Notes under the pieces: model-generated
The model's input: the letters and a program-made list of their open reading frames with translations, nothing else
Told to the model about the DNA's origin: nothing
Database searches by the model: none
Position numbers and translations under genes: made by a program
Source of the DNA: a virus
Taxonomy: Duplodnaviria; Caudoviricetes
IMG/VR virus record: IMGVR_UViG_3300043960_000133
Coordinates: 1 to 64,000 of that record
DNA: 64,000 nt
Reading direction: 5' to 3' (one strand)
Shown: piece after piece, positions 46,417-54,838 of the stretch
How positions within the stretch are numbered: position 1 is the stretch's first letter
How the letters are laid out: each line of letters opens with the position of its first letter

Positions 46417-46442
46417 AGCCGCCGGGTTGTCCGGCGGCTTTA
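46417..46442 (+). terminator. Terminator of accessory operon
   Basis: AGCCGCCGG-GTTGT-CCGGCGGCT followed by TTA. Confidence 0.6.
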
Positions 46443-46464
46443 TACATTGTTATGCATTTTGGCA

Positions 46465-46486
46465 AATTGGGCTGGGATTGGGCAAA
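46465..46486 (+). repeat. Integrase arm-type repeats (right)
   Basis: AATTGGGCTGG-GATTGGGCAAA, same unit as 8614-8646. Confidence 0.7.
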
Positions 46487-46600
46487 AATCCCGCAAAAAG
46501 TCCACACGAGCCAGACGTTTTCGAGAGACGAAACGACGGAAAACGGCGTATTTCCTAGCGTTCCGACGTTTTTCGTATTATCCCGATAGGACGTTCCGGC

Positions 46601-46619
46601 ATGCCGGAGATGATGTAAA
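46601..46619 (+). repeat. attR core of inner prophage; overlaps SD/start of outer hnh
   Basis: ATGCCGGAGATGATGTAAA; last A is the A of hnh ATG. Confidence 0.8.
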
Positions 46620-46978
46620 TGCCCAGAAGACCGAAGACGCCCTGCAAATATCCGGGCTGCCCCAGGCTGGTGCCGTATGGAAGAAAATATTGTGAGGAAC
46701 ATGAACGGCAGTGCCAGGGCGACCGGGCTGATGCAGAAACACGTGGCTACGGATGGGAGTGGCAGAAGGCCAGGAAGTTTTTCCTGAAACGTCATCCCTG
46801 GTGCATCCGCTGCAAAGCAAAAGGCCGTCTCGTCCCGGCAACGGTCGTTGACCATATCAAACCGCATCGCGGTGATGCGAAACTGTTCTGGGACGAAACG
46901 AACTGGCAGCCCCTTTGCAAGAGCTGCCATGACCATAAGACGATGACCGAAGACCGGAACATCGAGTACAAGTACTGA
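46619..46978 (+). CDS. Packaging-associated HNH endonuclease (outer)
   Basis: CKYPGC, YCEEH, HPWCIRC, VDHIKPHRGD..LFWDETNWQPLCKSCH. Confidence 0.92.
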   Translation: MPRRPKTPCKYPGCPRLVPYGRKYCEEHERQCQGDRADAETRGYGWEWQKARKFFLKRHPWCIRCKAKGRLVPATVVDHIKPHRGDAKLFWDETNWQPLCKSCHDHKTMTEDRNIEYKY

Positions 46979-46984
46979 ATCCGT

Positions 46985-47080
46985 CCGTAGGGCGGGGGGA
47001 TGCAAATCTCTGCAGCCCTTCCGTCCATGACCGCCGCCCCCTCAAACGTGAAAAAACGCGAAATTCCATAGGGGGGATAC
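46985..47080 (+). other. Candidate cos region of outer phage
   Basis: GGGCGGGGGGATGCAAATCTCT...GACCGCCGCCCCCTC...AAACGCGAAATT between hnh and next gene, the usual cos position in HK97-like phages. Confidence 0.35.
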
Positions 47081-47163
47081 CAGCGGATTTTTAAATGAAA
47101 TTTTGGACAGCTCCAAGCGATGAACGCCTGGAGCTTTTTTGTTGTTGGAAAGGAGCCAGCTTT

Positions 47164-47352
47164 ATGGATGACTGTCAGCGTCGGCAGATAGAAACGATGC
47201 GAAAAAAGGGGATGGGCTATAAAGCCATCGCCCGGGAAACAAAGCTGTCACGGGACAGCGTACGGAATTACTGCCGCTGGCATCACCTGAACGGGTACGG
47301 CGCTGCCGTTGCCGCGGCATTCGGAAAGGAAACGGTACATGAAGACATCTGA
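47164..47352 (+). CDS. Small HTH protein
   Basis: RQIETMRKKGMGYKAIARETKLSRDSVRNYCR. Confidence 0.65.
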   Translation: MDDCQRRQIETMRKKGMGYKAIARETKLSRDSVRNYCRWHHLNGYGAAVAAAFGKETVHEDI

Positions 47353-48577
47353 TATGGAATGGAAAACCCTGCCCATCGGGCAGCTGAAACCTGCGGCCTA
47401 CAATCCCAGGAAACAGCTGAAGCCCGGCGACAAGGAATACGAAAAAATCAAGAACTCCATCAAGGAATTCGGCTACGTGGAACCCATCATCGTCAACTAC
47501 GACATGACAGTCATCGGCGGCCATCAGCGGCTCAATGTGCTGAAGGACTTGGGGTATGAAGATGTCCAGTGCGTGGTTGTCCATATCGAGGACGAACACA
47601 AGGTCAAGGCCCTTAACATCGCGCTCAATAAAATCACAGGTGCCTGGAACGAACAGCTACTGGCTGACCTTATCGTGGATTTGCAGAGTGTCGATTTTAA
47701 TGTGGATTTGACGGGTTTCGAGACCCCGGAAGTAGAACAGCTCTTTTCCAAAGTCCACAACAAGAAAGTCAAGGAAGATGACTTCGATGTGGATGGGGAG
47801 CTGGAAAAGCCGACTTTTTCCAGAAGCGGCGATATCTGGCTCCTCGGTGAACACCGCGTCATCTGCGGGGATGCCACCCTGCCGGAAACCTATGCAAGGC
47901 TGATGGACGGGAAGAAGGCAAACCTGGTACTGACGGACCCGCCGTACAACGTCAACGTGGAAGAAACGGCCGGGAAAATCAAGAACGACAATATGCCGGA
48001 TGATAAGTTCTACCAGTTCCTGTTCAGCGCTTTTGTAAACATGGAACAGAATATGGAGCCTGATGCTTCCATCTATGTGTTCCATGCCGATACACAGGGC
48101 CTGAATTTCCGTAAGGCTTTCAAGGATGCCGGCTTTTACCTGTCCGGGTGCTGCATCTGGAAGAAGAACGCCCTGGTTCTGGGCCGGAGCCCGTACCAGT
48201 GGCAGCACGAGCCGTGCTTGTTCGGCTGGAAACTGAACGGGAAACACCAGTGGTATTCTGACCGCAAACAGACGACTATCTGGGAATATGACCGGCCGAA
48301 AGTCAGCAAGGAACATCCGACCATGAAGCCGGTGTCCCTGATGGCCTATCCCATCCAGAATTCATCCATGAGTCACTGCATTGTCCTAGACCCGTTTCTC
48401 GGGTCCGGATCCACCCTTATGGCCTGCCAGCAGACAGACCGTATCTGCTACGGCATCGAATTGGACGAGAAGTTCGTTGATGTCATTGTGAAACGGTACA
48501 TCGAACAGGCAGGAAGTGATGGTGTATTTGTGGTACGTGGAAATGAGAAAATTCCCTATGATAAAGTGCAGAAATGA
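47339..48577 (+). CDS. ParB-domain DNA methyltransferase (N4/N6)
   Basis: LKPAAYNPR, IGGHQRL ParB; TDPPYN; HPTMKPV; LDPFLGSGST. Confidence 0.92.
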   Translation: MKTSDMEWKTLPIGQLKPAAYNPRKQLKPGDKEYEKIKNSIKEFGYVEPIIVNYDMTVIGGHQRLNVLKDLGYEDVQCVVVHIEDEHKVKALNIALNKITGAWNEQLLADLIVDLQSVDFNVDLTGFETPEVEQLFSKVHNKKVKEDDFDVDGELEKPTFSRSGDIWLLGEHRVICGDATLPETYARLMDGKKANLVLTDPPYNVNVEETAGKIKNDNMPDDKFYQFLFSAFVNMEQNMEPDASIYVFHADTQGLNFRKAFKDAGFYLSGCCIWKKNALVLGRSPYQWQHEPCLFGWKLNGKHQWYSDRKQTTIWEYDRPKVSKEHPTMKPVSLMAYPIQNSSMSHCIVLDPFLGSGSTLMACQQTDRICYGIELDEKFVDVIVKRYIEQAGSDGVFVVRGNEKIPYDKVQK

Positions 48578-48612
48578 CTTGCTATTATCGGCGTTCAGAG
48601 TGATATATGTAC
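48572..48612 (+). promoter_or_regulatory. Repeated promoter-like motif, copy 1
   Basis: AAATGACTTGCTATTATCGGCGTTCAGAGTGATATATGTAC. Confidence 0.7.
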
Positions 48613-48638
48613 TAGCAAAACAAGGAGGTACATAGCCC

Positions 48639-49472
48639 ATGACAATCCATACCAATCTGAATGACCGAAAAGAACTGGCCAGACGGCTGATTCCATTTAA
48701 CCATAACGAAAAGCTTCACTACGCGGGAACGCCGACCTTCGCCTTCGAAGGGCATGGCTTCCGCATCCTGCGCAGCGGAGAAATTGAATGTGATGATGAA
48801 AAGACAGAAACTGCCATCACGACTTTCCTGCAGAACGAAGGCCTTCTGCCAATGCCGGAAACAGCACAAGAACCGGAATCAGAATCCATTACAGTGGCGG
48901 CACCCCGGTATGAGCCGGATGTGATGAAAGTCAGCGTCCCGGCGGACGGGATGGGTGGAACGCAGATGCGTAATCTGGTGTTCATGCTCCATGCCCAGCA
49001 GTATCTGCTGAACCGGGCCGCGGAACACGACAACTTCTGCGTGCCGGACAGTCTGATTGAGGAGCTGAAACGGGAGCCGATAACGGACCCGACTTCCTTC
49101 TTTACCATCTACCAGAATTACGCAAAAGAAGTACGGGGCTTTACCATTACGTCAGACATGGTGACGTTTCATTTCGCCCTGACCGGGGATGCTGTCAAGA
49201 ACCGCGCCCTCGTGGAACTGGCTGCCTTCATGGTTTCCGCAGCAAGGAAAGCGAAACGGATTAATCCCGCCACACGGAAACCGGAGAACGAGAAGTACTA
49301 TCTGCGGATGTGGCTCCTGCGCATCGGCATGGGGACGAAGGGGAGCCACGAATCCCGCATGGCGCTCCTTAAGGGGCTCAGCGGCTTCAGCGCCTTCCGC
49401 TCGGAAGAAGAAGCCAGGAAGCATGCGGAACGGCAGAAAGAACGCCGTCAGTTACGGACGGAAAGAGTGTGA
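48639..49472 (+). CDS. Hypothetical protein sharing C-terminal domain with the adjacent amidoligase
   Basis: PENEKYYLRMWLLRIG...LKGLSGFSAFR resembles TDNEKYAFRCWMLRLG...LKHLTGNSAWR. Confidence 0.7.
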   Translation: MTIHTNLNDRKELARRLIPFNHNEKLHYAGTPTFAFEGHGFRILRSGEIECDDEKTETAITTFLQNEGLLPMPETAQEPESESITVAAPRYEPDVMKVSVPADGMGGTQMRNLVFMLHAQQYLLNRAAEHDNFCVPDSLIEELKREPITDPTSFFTIYQNYAKEVRGFTITSDMVTFHFALTGDAVKNRALVELAAFMVSAARKAKRINPATRKPENEKYYLRMWLLRIGMGTKGSHESRMALLKGLSGFSAFRSEEEARKHAERQKERRQLRTERV

Positions 49473-49512
49473 AACAACGGATAAATTATCAATTTAATTC
49501 ATAATTATTCTC

Positions 49513-49552
49513 AAAATGACTTGCTATTATGTGCGTTTAGAGTGATATATAC
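49513..49552 (+). promoter_or_regulatory. Repeated promoter-like motif, copy 2
   Basis: AAAATGACTTGCTATTATGTGCGTTTAGAGTGATATATAC. Confidence 0.7.
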
Positions 49553-49598
49553 AGTACCGAAAGAACACACATACATTTAGGAAGGATGGAGAATAATT

Positions 49599-50492
49599 AT
49601 GAAAACACTGCACTTTGGAATCGAAATGGAAATGACAGGGATTACAAGAAACCGGGCGGCAAGCCTCATGGCCCGCTTCTTTGGAACAGAAAGCCGCCAT
49701 GAAGGCGGAGCCTACGATACCTACACCGCCAAGGATGACCGGGGACGGAAATGGAAAGCCATGAACGACTCCAGCCTAATTCCGCAGAAAAAAGTGAATG
49801 GCGAAATCCTGGATGCGTCCACGAACTACCGCACCGAGGTGGTCAGCCCCATCCTTTCCTACGAAGACATTCCCAAACTGCAGGAGCTGGTGCGGACGCT
49901 CCGCAAGGCCGGGGCCTTCGCCAACAAGTCCTGCGGCATCCACATCCATGTCGGGGCCGAACGGTTCACGGCAAAGACCCTGCGGAATCTGGTAAACATC
50001 ATGGCGAGCAAGGAGGACATGATTTACCGCGCTCTCCAGATTAACCCCTCACGGGAACATCGATACTGCCGGAAGACGAACACTCTCTTTCTGAAGGATC
50101 TCAACCGGAAAAAGTCGGATACGCTCAGCGGCATCGCCGACCTCTGGTATCAGGAAGATCCCTACGGACGGGACCATCACTACAACAGCACCCGCTACCA
50201 CGGACTGAACCTGCATGCCACCTTTACCAAGGGGACGGTCGAGTTCCGCCTTTTCAACGGCACTTTACACGCCGGAGAAATCAAGGCCTACATCCAGTTC
50301 TGCCTGGCGGTTGCCCATCAGGCCCTGACGCAGAAAAAGGCCTCGGCACGGAAGACGGAAACGGACAATGAAAAATACGCCTTCCGATGCTGGATGCTCC
50401 GGCTGGGACTCATCGGTGACGAATTCAAGACCTGCCGGCTCCACTTCCTCAAACACCTTACGGGAAACTCCGCATGGCGCAACGCCGCCTGA
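49599..50492 (+). CDS. Putative amidoligase (Amidoligase_2, COOH-NH2 ligase)
   Basis: FGIEMEM, EVVSPIL, SCGIHIHV, RYHGLNL, TVEFRLFNGT. Confidence 0.9.
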   Translation: MKTLHFGIEMEMTGITRNRAASLMARFFGTESRHEGGAYDTYTAKDDRGRKWKAMNDSSLIPQKKVNGEILDASTNYRTEVVSPILSYEDIPKLQELVRTLRKAGAFANKSCGIHIHVGAERFTAKTLRNLVNIMASKEDMIYRALQINPSREHRYCRKTNTLFLKDLNRKKSDTLSGIADLWYQEDPYGRDHHYNSTRYHGLNLHATFTKGTVEFRLFNGTLHAGEIKAYIQFCLAVAHQALTQKKASARKTETDNEKYAFRCWMLRLGLIGDEFKTCRLHFLKHLTGNSAWRNAA

Positions 50493-50559
50493 AGGGGATA
50501 GCCTCACGGGCAGCTTCAGCTGCCCTTAGGGTGGTAGAAGGGTATTCCCTTCAGAAAGG

Positions 50560-51180
50560 ATGATTGTAATGAACGAAAGATTCTACATTGCCTATGGCAG
50601 CAACATGAGCGAAGACCAGATGGCGCGGCGCTGCCCTGACGTCGCCCTGATAGGGACTGGACGGGTAGGCGGATATGAGTTGCTTTTTAAAGGTTCCCTG
50701 ACCGGATGTTACGCCACCATCGAGAAGAAAGCGGATGCCTTCGTGCCGGTCGTCTTCTGGCGCATTTCCGCGGCAGACGAAAGACGGCTTGATGTGTACG
50801 AGGGCTTTCCCAAGTTCTACTACAAGAAAACCATTCCCGTTGAAACGGACAAAGGGATCATCCGCGGCCTCGTGTACATCATGCATGAGGAACGGAAATT
50901 CGGTGAGCCAATCGACTGGTACTACCAGAACATGGAGCGGGACTACCGCAAGTTCGGTTTCGACCTCTCCATCCTGCGGAAAGGGCTGACAGAAAGCCGG
51001 GTGCGGACGAAAGGCGCACGTGTGAGGCTGATTTCCATGGACGATGTGCAGGCCCCGCCTGCGGGGACGGAAGGCACAGTCCAGTATGTCGATGATGCCG
51101 GCACCATCCATGTGCAGTGGGACACGGGCGGCAGCCTAGGCCTTGTGCCGGGAGCAGACGAGTGGGAACTTGTCGAATAA
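50560..51180 (+). CDS. Gamma-glutamylcyclotransferase (AIG2-like) fused to DUF4314-like domain
   Basis: YIAYGSNM, LDVYEGFP; C-terminal RVRLISMDD..APPAGTEGTV..VDDAGTIHVQWDTGGSL. Confidence 0.85.
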   Translation: MIVMNERFYIAYGSNMSEDQMARRCPDVALIGTGRVGGYELLFKGSLTGCYATIEKKADAFVPVVFWRISAADERRLDVYEGFPKFYYKKTIPVETDKGIIRGLVYIMHEERKFGEPIDWYYQNMERDYRKFGFDLSILRKGLTESRVRTKGARVRLISMDDVQAPPAGTEGTVQYVDDAGTIHVQWDTGGSLGLVPGADEWELVE

Positions 51181-51198
51181 TTGTCAGATAATCATCGA

Positions 51199-51298
51199 AA
51201 AATGACTTGCTATTATGTCCATTCAGAGTGATATATATACACAACGAAGGGGGCAAGCCCCAGAGATTACAAAGGCACATGAAAGTGAGGAACTTACG
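51199..51298 (+). promoter_or_regulatory. Promoter + hairpin + SD leader, copy 3
   Basis: GACTTGCTATTATG...GAGTGATATATATACAC...GGGGCAAGCCCC...CACATGAAAGTGAGGAA. Confidence 0.7.
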
Positions 51299-51493
51299 AT
51301 GACGAGATTCGAAAAAGACTACCACGAAATGCTGAAAGGCGCAGGATTGTACATTTTACAGGGATGCAGAGCTGAAATCCAGAAGCTGAAGAAAGAACAG
51401 CGGGCCTGCAAGAACCGCTTTCGGTTTCAGTGCATCTGCCAGGAACTCAGCCGGCTGGAACGGGAATACGAAGCCCTCGAAGAACTGTACTGA
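51299..51493 (+). CDS. 64-aa hypothetical cassette protein
   Basis: Start after leader SD GAGG; MTRFEKDYHEML... Confidence 0.65.
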   Translation: MTRFEKDYHEMLKGAGLYILQGCRAEIQKLKKEQRACKNRFRFQCICQELSRLEREYEALEELY

Positions 51494-51554
51494 GGTAAGG
51501 GAAAAAGGAGGCCGGAAGGCCTCTTTTCTCGTAGAAAAAACGCATAAATATCCG

Positions 51555-51654
51555 AAAAACGACTTGCTATTATGTGCATTTAGAGGGATATATATACACG
51601 AAGAAGGGGACAAGCCCCAAAGAACACGAAGCACATGAAAGCGAGGAATTCACC
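51555..51654 (+). promoter_or_regulatory. Promoter + hairpin + SD leader, copy 4
   Basis: GACTTGCTATTATG...GAGGGATATATATACAC...GGGGACAAGCCCC...CACATGAAAGCGAGGAA. Confidence 0.7.
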
Positions 51655-51984
51655 ATGACAAACATCTACACGCTCCGCAACCATTTCGAACTCCATGAAT
51701 ACCAGACAGCCATCACCAGAGCTGACTTTGAAGCCCATTTCAAGGCCACGAAGGAAAAGGTGACCTTCACCTTCAACGGCTGGGACGGCAAGAGCTACGA
51801 TGGCGAAAGCCGCACGGCACGGGTCTATCGGACAGATGTAAAAGGCTATGAAAACGCCCGGTTCATCAAAGTCGGAAAGGGACTGCACTATATCGAAGAA
51901 AACAGCCGAATCCTTGAAAAGGCAACGGGAGAATACCATGTCAGAGCCGAATGGCTGGTCGATGTCTTAAAGGGCATAAAATAA
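51655..51984 (+). CDS. 109-aa hypothetical cassette protein
   Basis: MTNIYTLRNHFEL...FNGWDGKSYDGESR. Confidence 0.65.
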   Translation: MTNIYTLRNHFELHEYQTAITRADFEAHFKATKEKVTFTFNGWDGKSYDGESRTARVYRTDVKGYENARFIKVGKGLHYIEENSRILEKATGEYHVRAEWLVDVLKGIK

Positions 51985-52040
51985 GGAATGTTTGAAGACG
52001 GGGTCGTAAGGCCCTGTTCTCTATTATGAATAAATATCCG

Positions 52041-52139
52041 AAAAATGACTTGCTATTATGTGCGTTTAGAGTGATATATATACACGACGAAGGGGACAAG
52101 CCCCAAAGACAAAAGGCACATGAAAGCGAGGAACACACC
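52041..52139 (+). promoter_or_regulatory. Promoter + hairpin + SD leader, copy 5
   Basis: GACTTGCTATTATG...GAGTGATATATATACAC...GGGGACAAGCCCC...CACATGAAAGCGAGGAA. Confidence 0.7.
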
Positions 52140-52406
52140 ATGAAAACCACAACAAACACCTACAGACTTCCACAAACGACAACACCGGAACAGCTCGAAA
52201 TGAACGGAATCCGTATTTTGAACTTTGGCGACCAGGTTCTCCTGGCCGGCCATTACTTCAGCAAGGGCAGGGATTACTGGTACGGAGCAGCCTATACATT
52301 CACGACTAAGGACCATACCTGCGAAGGAGAAATCAGACTGACGGCAGTCAGCGACAAACTTTTTGAAGACGATGGCCACGCTATCGAGTGGCCCATGAAA
52401 CACTGA
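52140..52406 (+). CDS. 88-aa hypothetical cassette protein
   Basis: MKTTTNTYRLPQTTTPEQL...FEDDGHAIEW. Confidence 0.65.
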   Translation: MKTTTNTYRLPQTTTPEQLEMNGIRILNFGDQVLLAGHYFSKGRDYWYGAAYTFTTKDHTCEGEIRLTAVSDKLFEDDGHAIEWPMKH

Positions 52407-52484
52407 AACTGAACACGAAACCAACAGGGGACCGCACAGCGGTTCCTTTTTTGATACATTTTTTTTTGAAGGAGGTGAACGGCC

Positions 52485-52955
52485 ATGGCTATTCGCGGAA
52501 GGAAACCGAAACCCACAGCGCTCAAAGTGCTGGAAGGCAATCCAGGCCATCGGCCGCTCAACAAGAAAGAACCCCTGCCCAAAGGCAGGCTGCCGCGCTG
52601 TCCGGACTGGCTGGAAGATGACGCCAAGAAAGAGTGGAAACGGCTCGGCAAAGTGCTGGCGGAAATGGGGATGCTGACCAATCTGGACATGATGGCTTTT
52701 GCCGGCTACTGCCAGGCCTACGCCCGGTGGAAAGGGGCCGAGGAATTCATCACTCAGCACGGGGATATGGTACGGACGCCGAACGGCTACCTGCAGCAGG
52801 TGCCGCAGGTGTCCATCGCCCAGACGAACCTGAAAATCATGCTGAAGTTCTGCGAGCAGTTCGGCCTGACGCCGTCCGCCCGGAGCCGCATGGTCGGAGA
52901 AGAAAATGGGGCGGAAAAAGAAATGGATGAAATGGAATTGCTGTTAAGAGGGTGA
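52485..52955 (+). CDS. terS: Terminase small subunit, P27 family
   Basis: RGRKPKPTALKVLEGNPGHR, AFAGYCQAYARW, FGLTPSARSR. Confidence 0.93.
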   Translation: MAIRGRKPKPTALKVLEGNPGHRPLNKKEPLPKGRLPRCPDWLEDDAKKEWKRLGKVLAEMGMLTNLDMMAFAGYCQAYARWKGAEEFITQHGDMVRTPNGYLQQVPQVSIAQTNLKIMLKFCEQFGLTPSARSRMVGEENGAEKEMDEMELLLRG

Positions 52956-54553
52956 CGAATTTGGCATTTGTATATAAACCGTCAGCATTCATGCTGCCGA
53001 CATCCCATTACGACAAGGACAAGGCCGACCGGGCGGTCGCCTTCATAGAGAACCTGTGCCACACAAAAGGGAAATGGGCGGGGAAGCCGTTCCTGCTCCT
53101 TCCCTGGCAGGAACAGATTGTCCGTGACCTGTTCGGCATCGTAAAGGAAGACGGAAACAGACAGTTTCTGACGGCTTATATTGAGATAGGAAAGAAGAAC
53201 GGGAAGAGCGAACTGGCGGCAGCTGTTGCTCTGTATCTTCTGTACGCTGATAACGAACCGAGCGCGGAAGTCTATGGCGCGGCCTGTGACCGCAATCAGG
53301 CGTCCATCGTGTTCGATGTGGCAAAGCAGATGGTGGAGATGAGTCCGGCTCTTCTGCGCCGTTCCAAGATACGGTCGGCAGGCAAGCGGATCATCAACTA
53401 CAGAAACGCCGGGTTCTACCAGGTGCTTTCAGCGGAGACTGGCACGAAACACGGCCTGAATGTGTCCGGACTGATTTTTGATGAAATCCACGCCCAGCCG
53501 AACCGGAAACTCTACGATGTCCTGACCAAAGGCTCTGGGGACGCCCGTGAACAACCACTCTTTTTCATCATTACCACGGCTGGCAACGACAAGAACAGCA
53601 TCTGCTACGAACTGCATACCAAAGCACTCGACATTATGCACGGCAGGAAGAAGGACTATACCTTTTATCCTGTTGTGTATGGCCTGGAAGAAGGCGAAGA
53701 CTGGACGGACGAAGCCAACTGGTATAAGGCGAACCCGTCTCTCGGTTACACCATTAACATCGAGCGTGTCCGGGAAGCATACCGGAACGCCATCGAAAAC
53801 CCTGCCGAGGAAAATGTGTTCAAGCAGTTGCGCCTGAATATCTGGACTTCGGCCAGTATCCGCTGGATTCCGGAGCAGGTCTACGACAAAGGCAATCTTC
53901 CTATCAATCGGGAGTCTTTACGCGGACGGATGTGTTACGGCGGATTGGATTTGTCTAGTACCTCGGATATTACGGCCCTGGTTCTGGCTTTTCCGCCCCG
54001 GACGGAAGATGAGAAATATATACTTCTGCCGTTTTTCTGGCTGCCGGAAGACACATTGGAACTTAGATGCCGGCGTGACCATGTGCTTTATGATGTCTGG
54101 CAGAAACAGGGATTCATTCAGACGACCGAAGGAAACGTTATCCACTACGGCTTTATCGAAAAATTCATCGAACGGCTTGGCGAAACCTACAACATCCGGG
54201 AAATCGCCTATGACCGGTGGAATGCTACGCAGATGGTGCAGAATCTCGAAGACATGGGCTTCACCATGGTTCCTTTTGGCCAGGGCTTCAAGGACATGTC
54301 GCCGCCTTCCAAGGAACTGTTCAAGCTCCTGATGGAGGGGAATATCATTCATGGTGGCAACCCTGTCCTCAAATGGATGGCAGGAAACGTGGTCATGCGG
54401 CAGGACCCGGCGGGGAACATCAAGCCGGATAAAGAAAAATCCGTCGAAAAAATCGACGGAATCGTAGCGTCCATCATGGCGCTGGACCGCTGTATCCGTA
54501 ACGGGACAGGCAGCGGCAGTGTCTATGATGAACGAGGTGTTATAGCTTTTTGA
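52952..54553 (+). CDS. terL: Terminase large subunit
   Basis: GKKNGKSEL, IFDEIH, ITTAG, GGLDLSS, KIDGIVA. Confidence 0.95.
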   Translation: MTNLAFVYKPSAFMLPTSHYDKDKADRAVAFIENLCHTKGKWAGKPFLLLPWQEQIVRDLFGIVKEDGNRQFLTAYIEIGKKNGKSELAAAVALYLLYADNEPSAEVYGAACDRNQASIVFDVAKQMVEMSPALLRRSKIRSAGKRIINYRNAGFYQVLSAETGTKHGLNVSGLIFDEIHAQPNRKLYDVLTKGSGDAREQPLFFIITTAGNDKNSICYELHTKALDIMHGRKKDYTFYPVVYGLEEGEDWTDEANWYKANPSLGYTINIERVREAYRNAIENPAEENVFKQLRLNIWTSASIRWIPEQVYDKGNLPINRESLRGRMCYGGLDLSSTSDITALVLAFPPRTEDEKYILLPFFWLPEDTLELRCRRDHVLYDVWQKQGFIQTTEGNVIHYGFIEKFIERLGETYNIREIAYDRWNATQMVQNLEDMGFTMVPFGQGFKDMSPPSKELFKLLMEGNIIHGGNPVLKWMAGNVVMRQDPAGNIKPDKEKSVEKIDGIVASIMALDRCIRNGTGSGSVYDERGVIAF

Positions 54554-54559
54554 TTTTTG

Positions 54560-54838
54560 TTAACCAGCTACAGCAACCTGGAGTTTCAGGTCGAGGGCTT
54601 GCATGAGCTTGACGAGTGTATCGAGTTTTGGCGTTGTTTTCAGCGTTTCGATACGGGCTATCGAGGATTGGGGGATGCCGCACCGTTCTGCAAGGGTGCG
54701 CTGGCTGATGCCAAGCTCCTGCCTCCGCCGGATGATGGAAGAAACAATATTGCTCACTTCTTCGATTTCTTCCATATTGCGGCGTTCTTCTTCACTGATT
54801 GCTTTTACATGATTTTTATAGTCTTCCCAAGTTCTCAT
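54560..54838 (-). CDS. higA: XRE HTH antitoxin (HigA-like)
   Basis: RRRQELGISQRTLAERCGIPQSSIARIE..KTTPKLDTL; downstream of toxin. Confidence 0.75.
   Translation of the reverse strand: MRTWEDYKNHVKAISEEERRNMEEIEEVSNIVSSIIRRRQELGISQRTLAERCGIPQSSIARIETLKTTPKLDTLVKLMQALDLKLQVAVAG

Larger units (their letters stand above)
8541..46619. mobile_element. Inner (nested) prophage, ~38 kb, siphovirus-like, apparently complete
   Basis: Integrase-CI-Cro-replication-packaging-head-tail-lysis modules all present; flanked by 17/19 direct repeat and shared arm repeats; outer phage gene order resumes (rinA then hnh) across it. Confidence 0.9.

Noticed and set aside
48572-52140. CRISPR-like array from the five repeated motifs
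   Set aside because: Intervals are 350-1700 bp and contain genes; motif looks like promoter/leader; no cas genes
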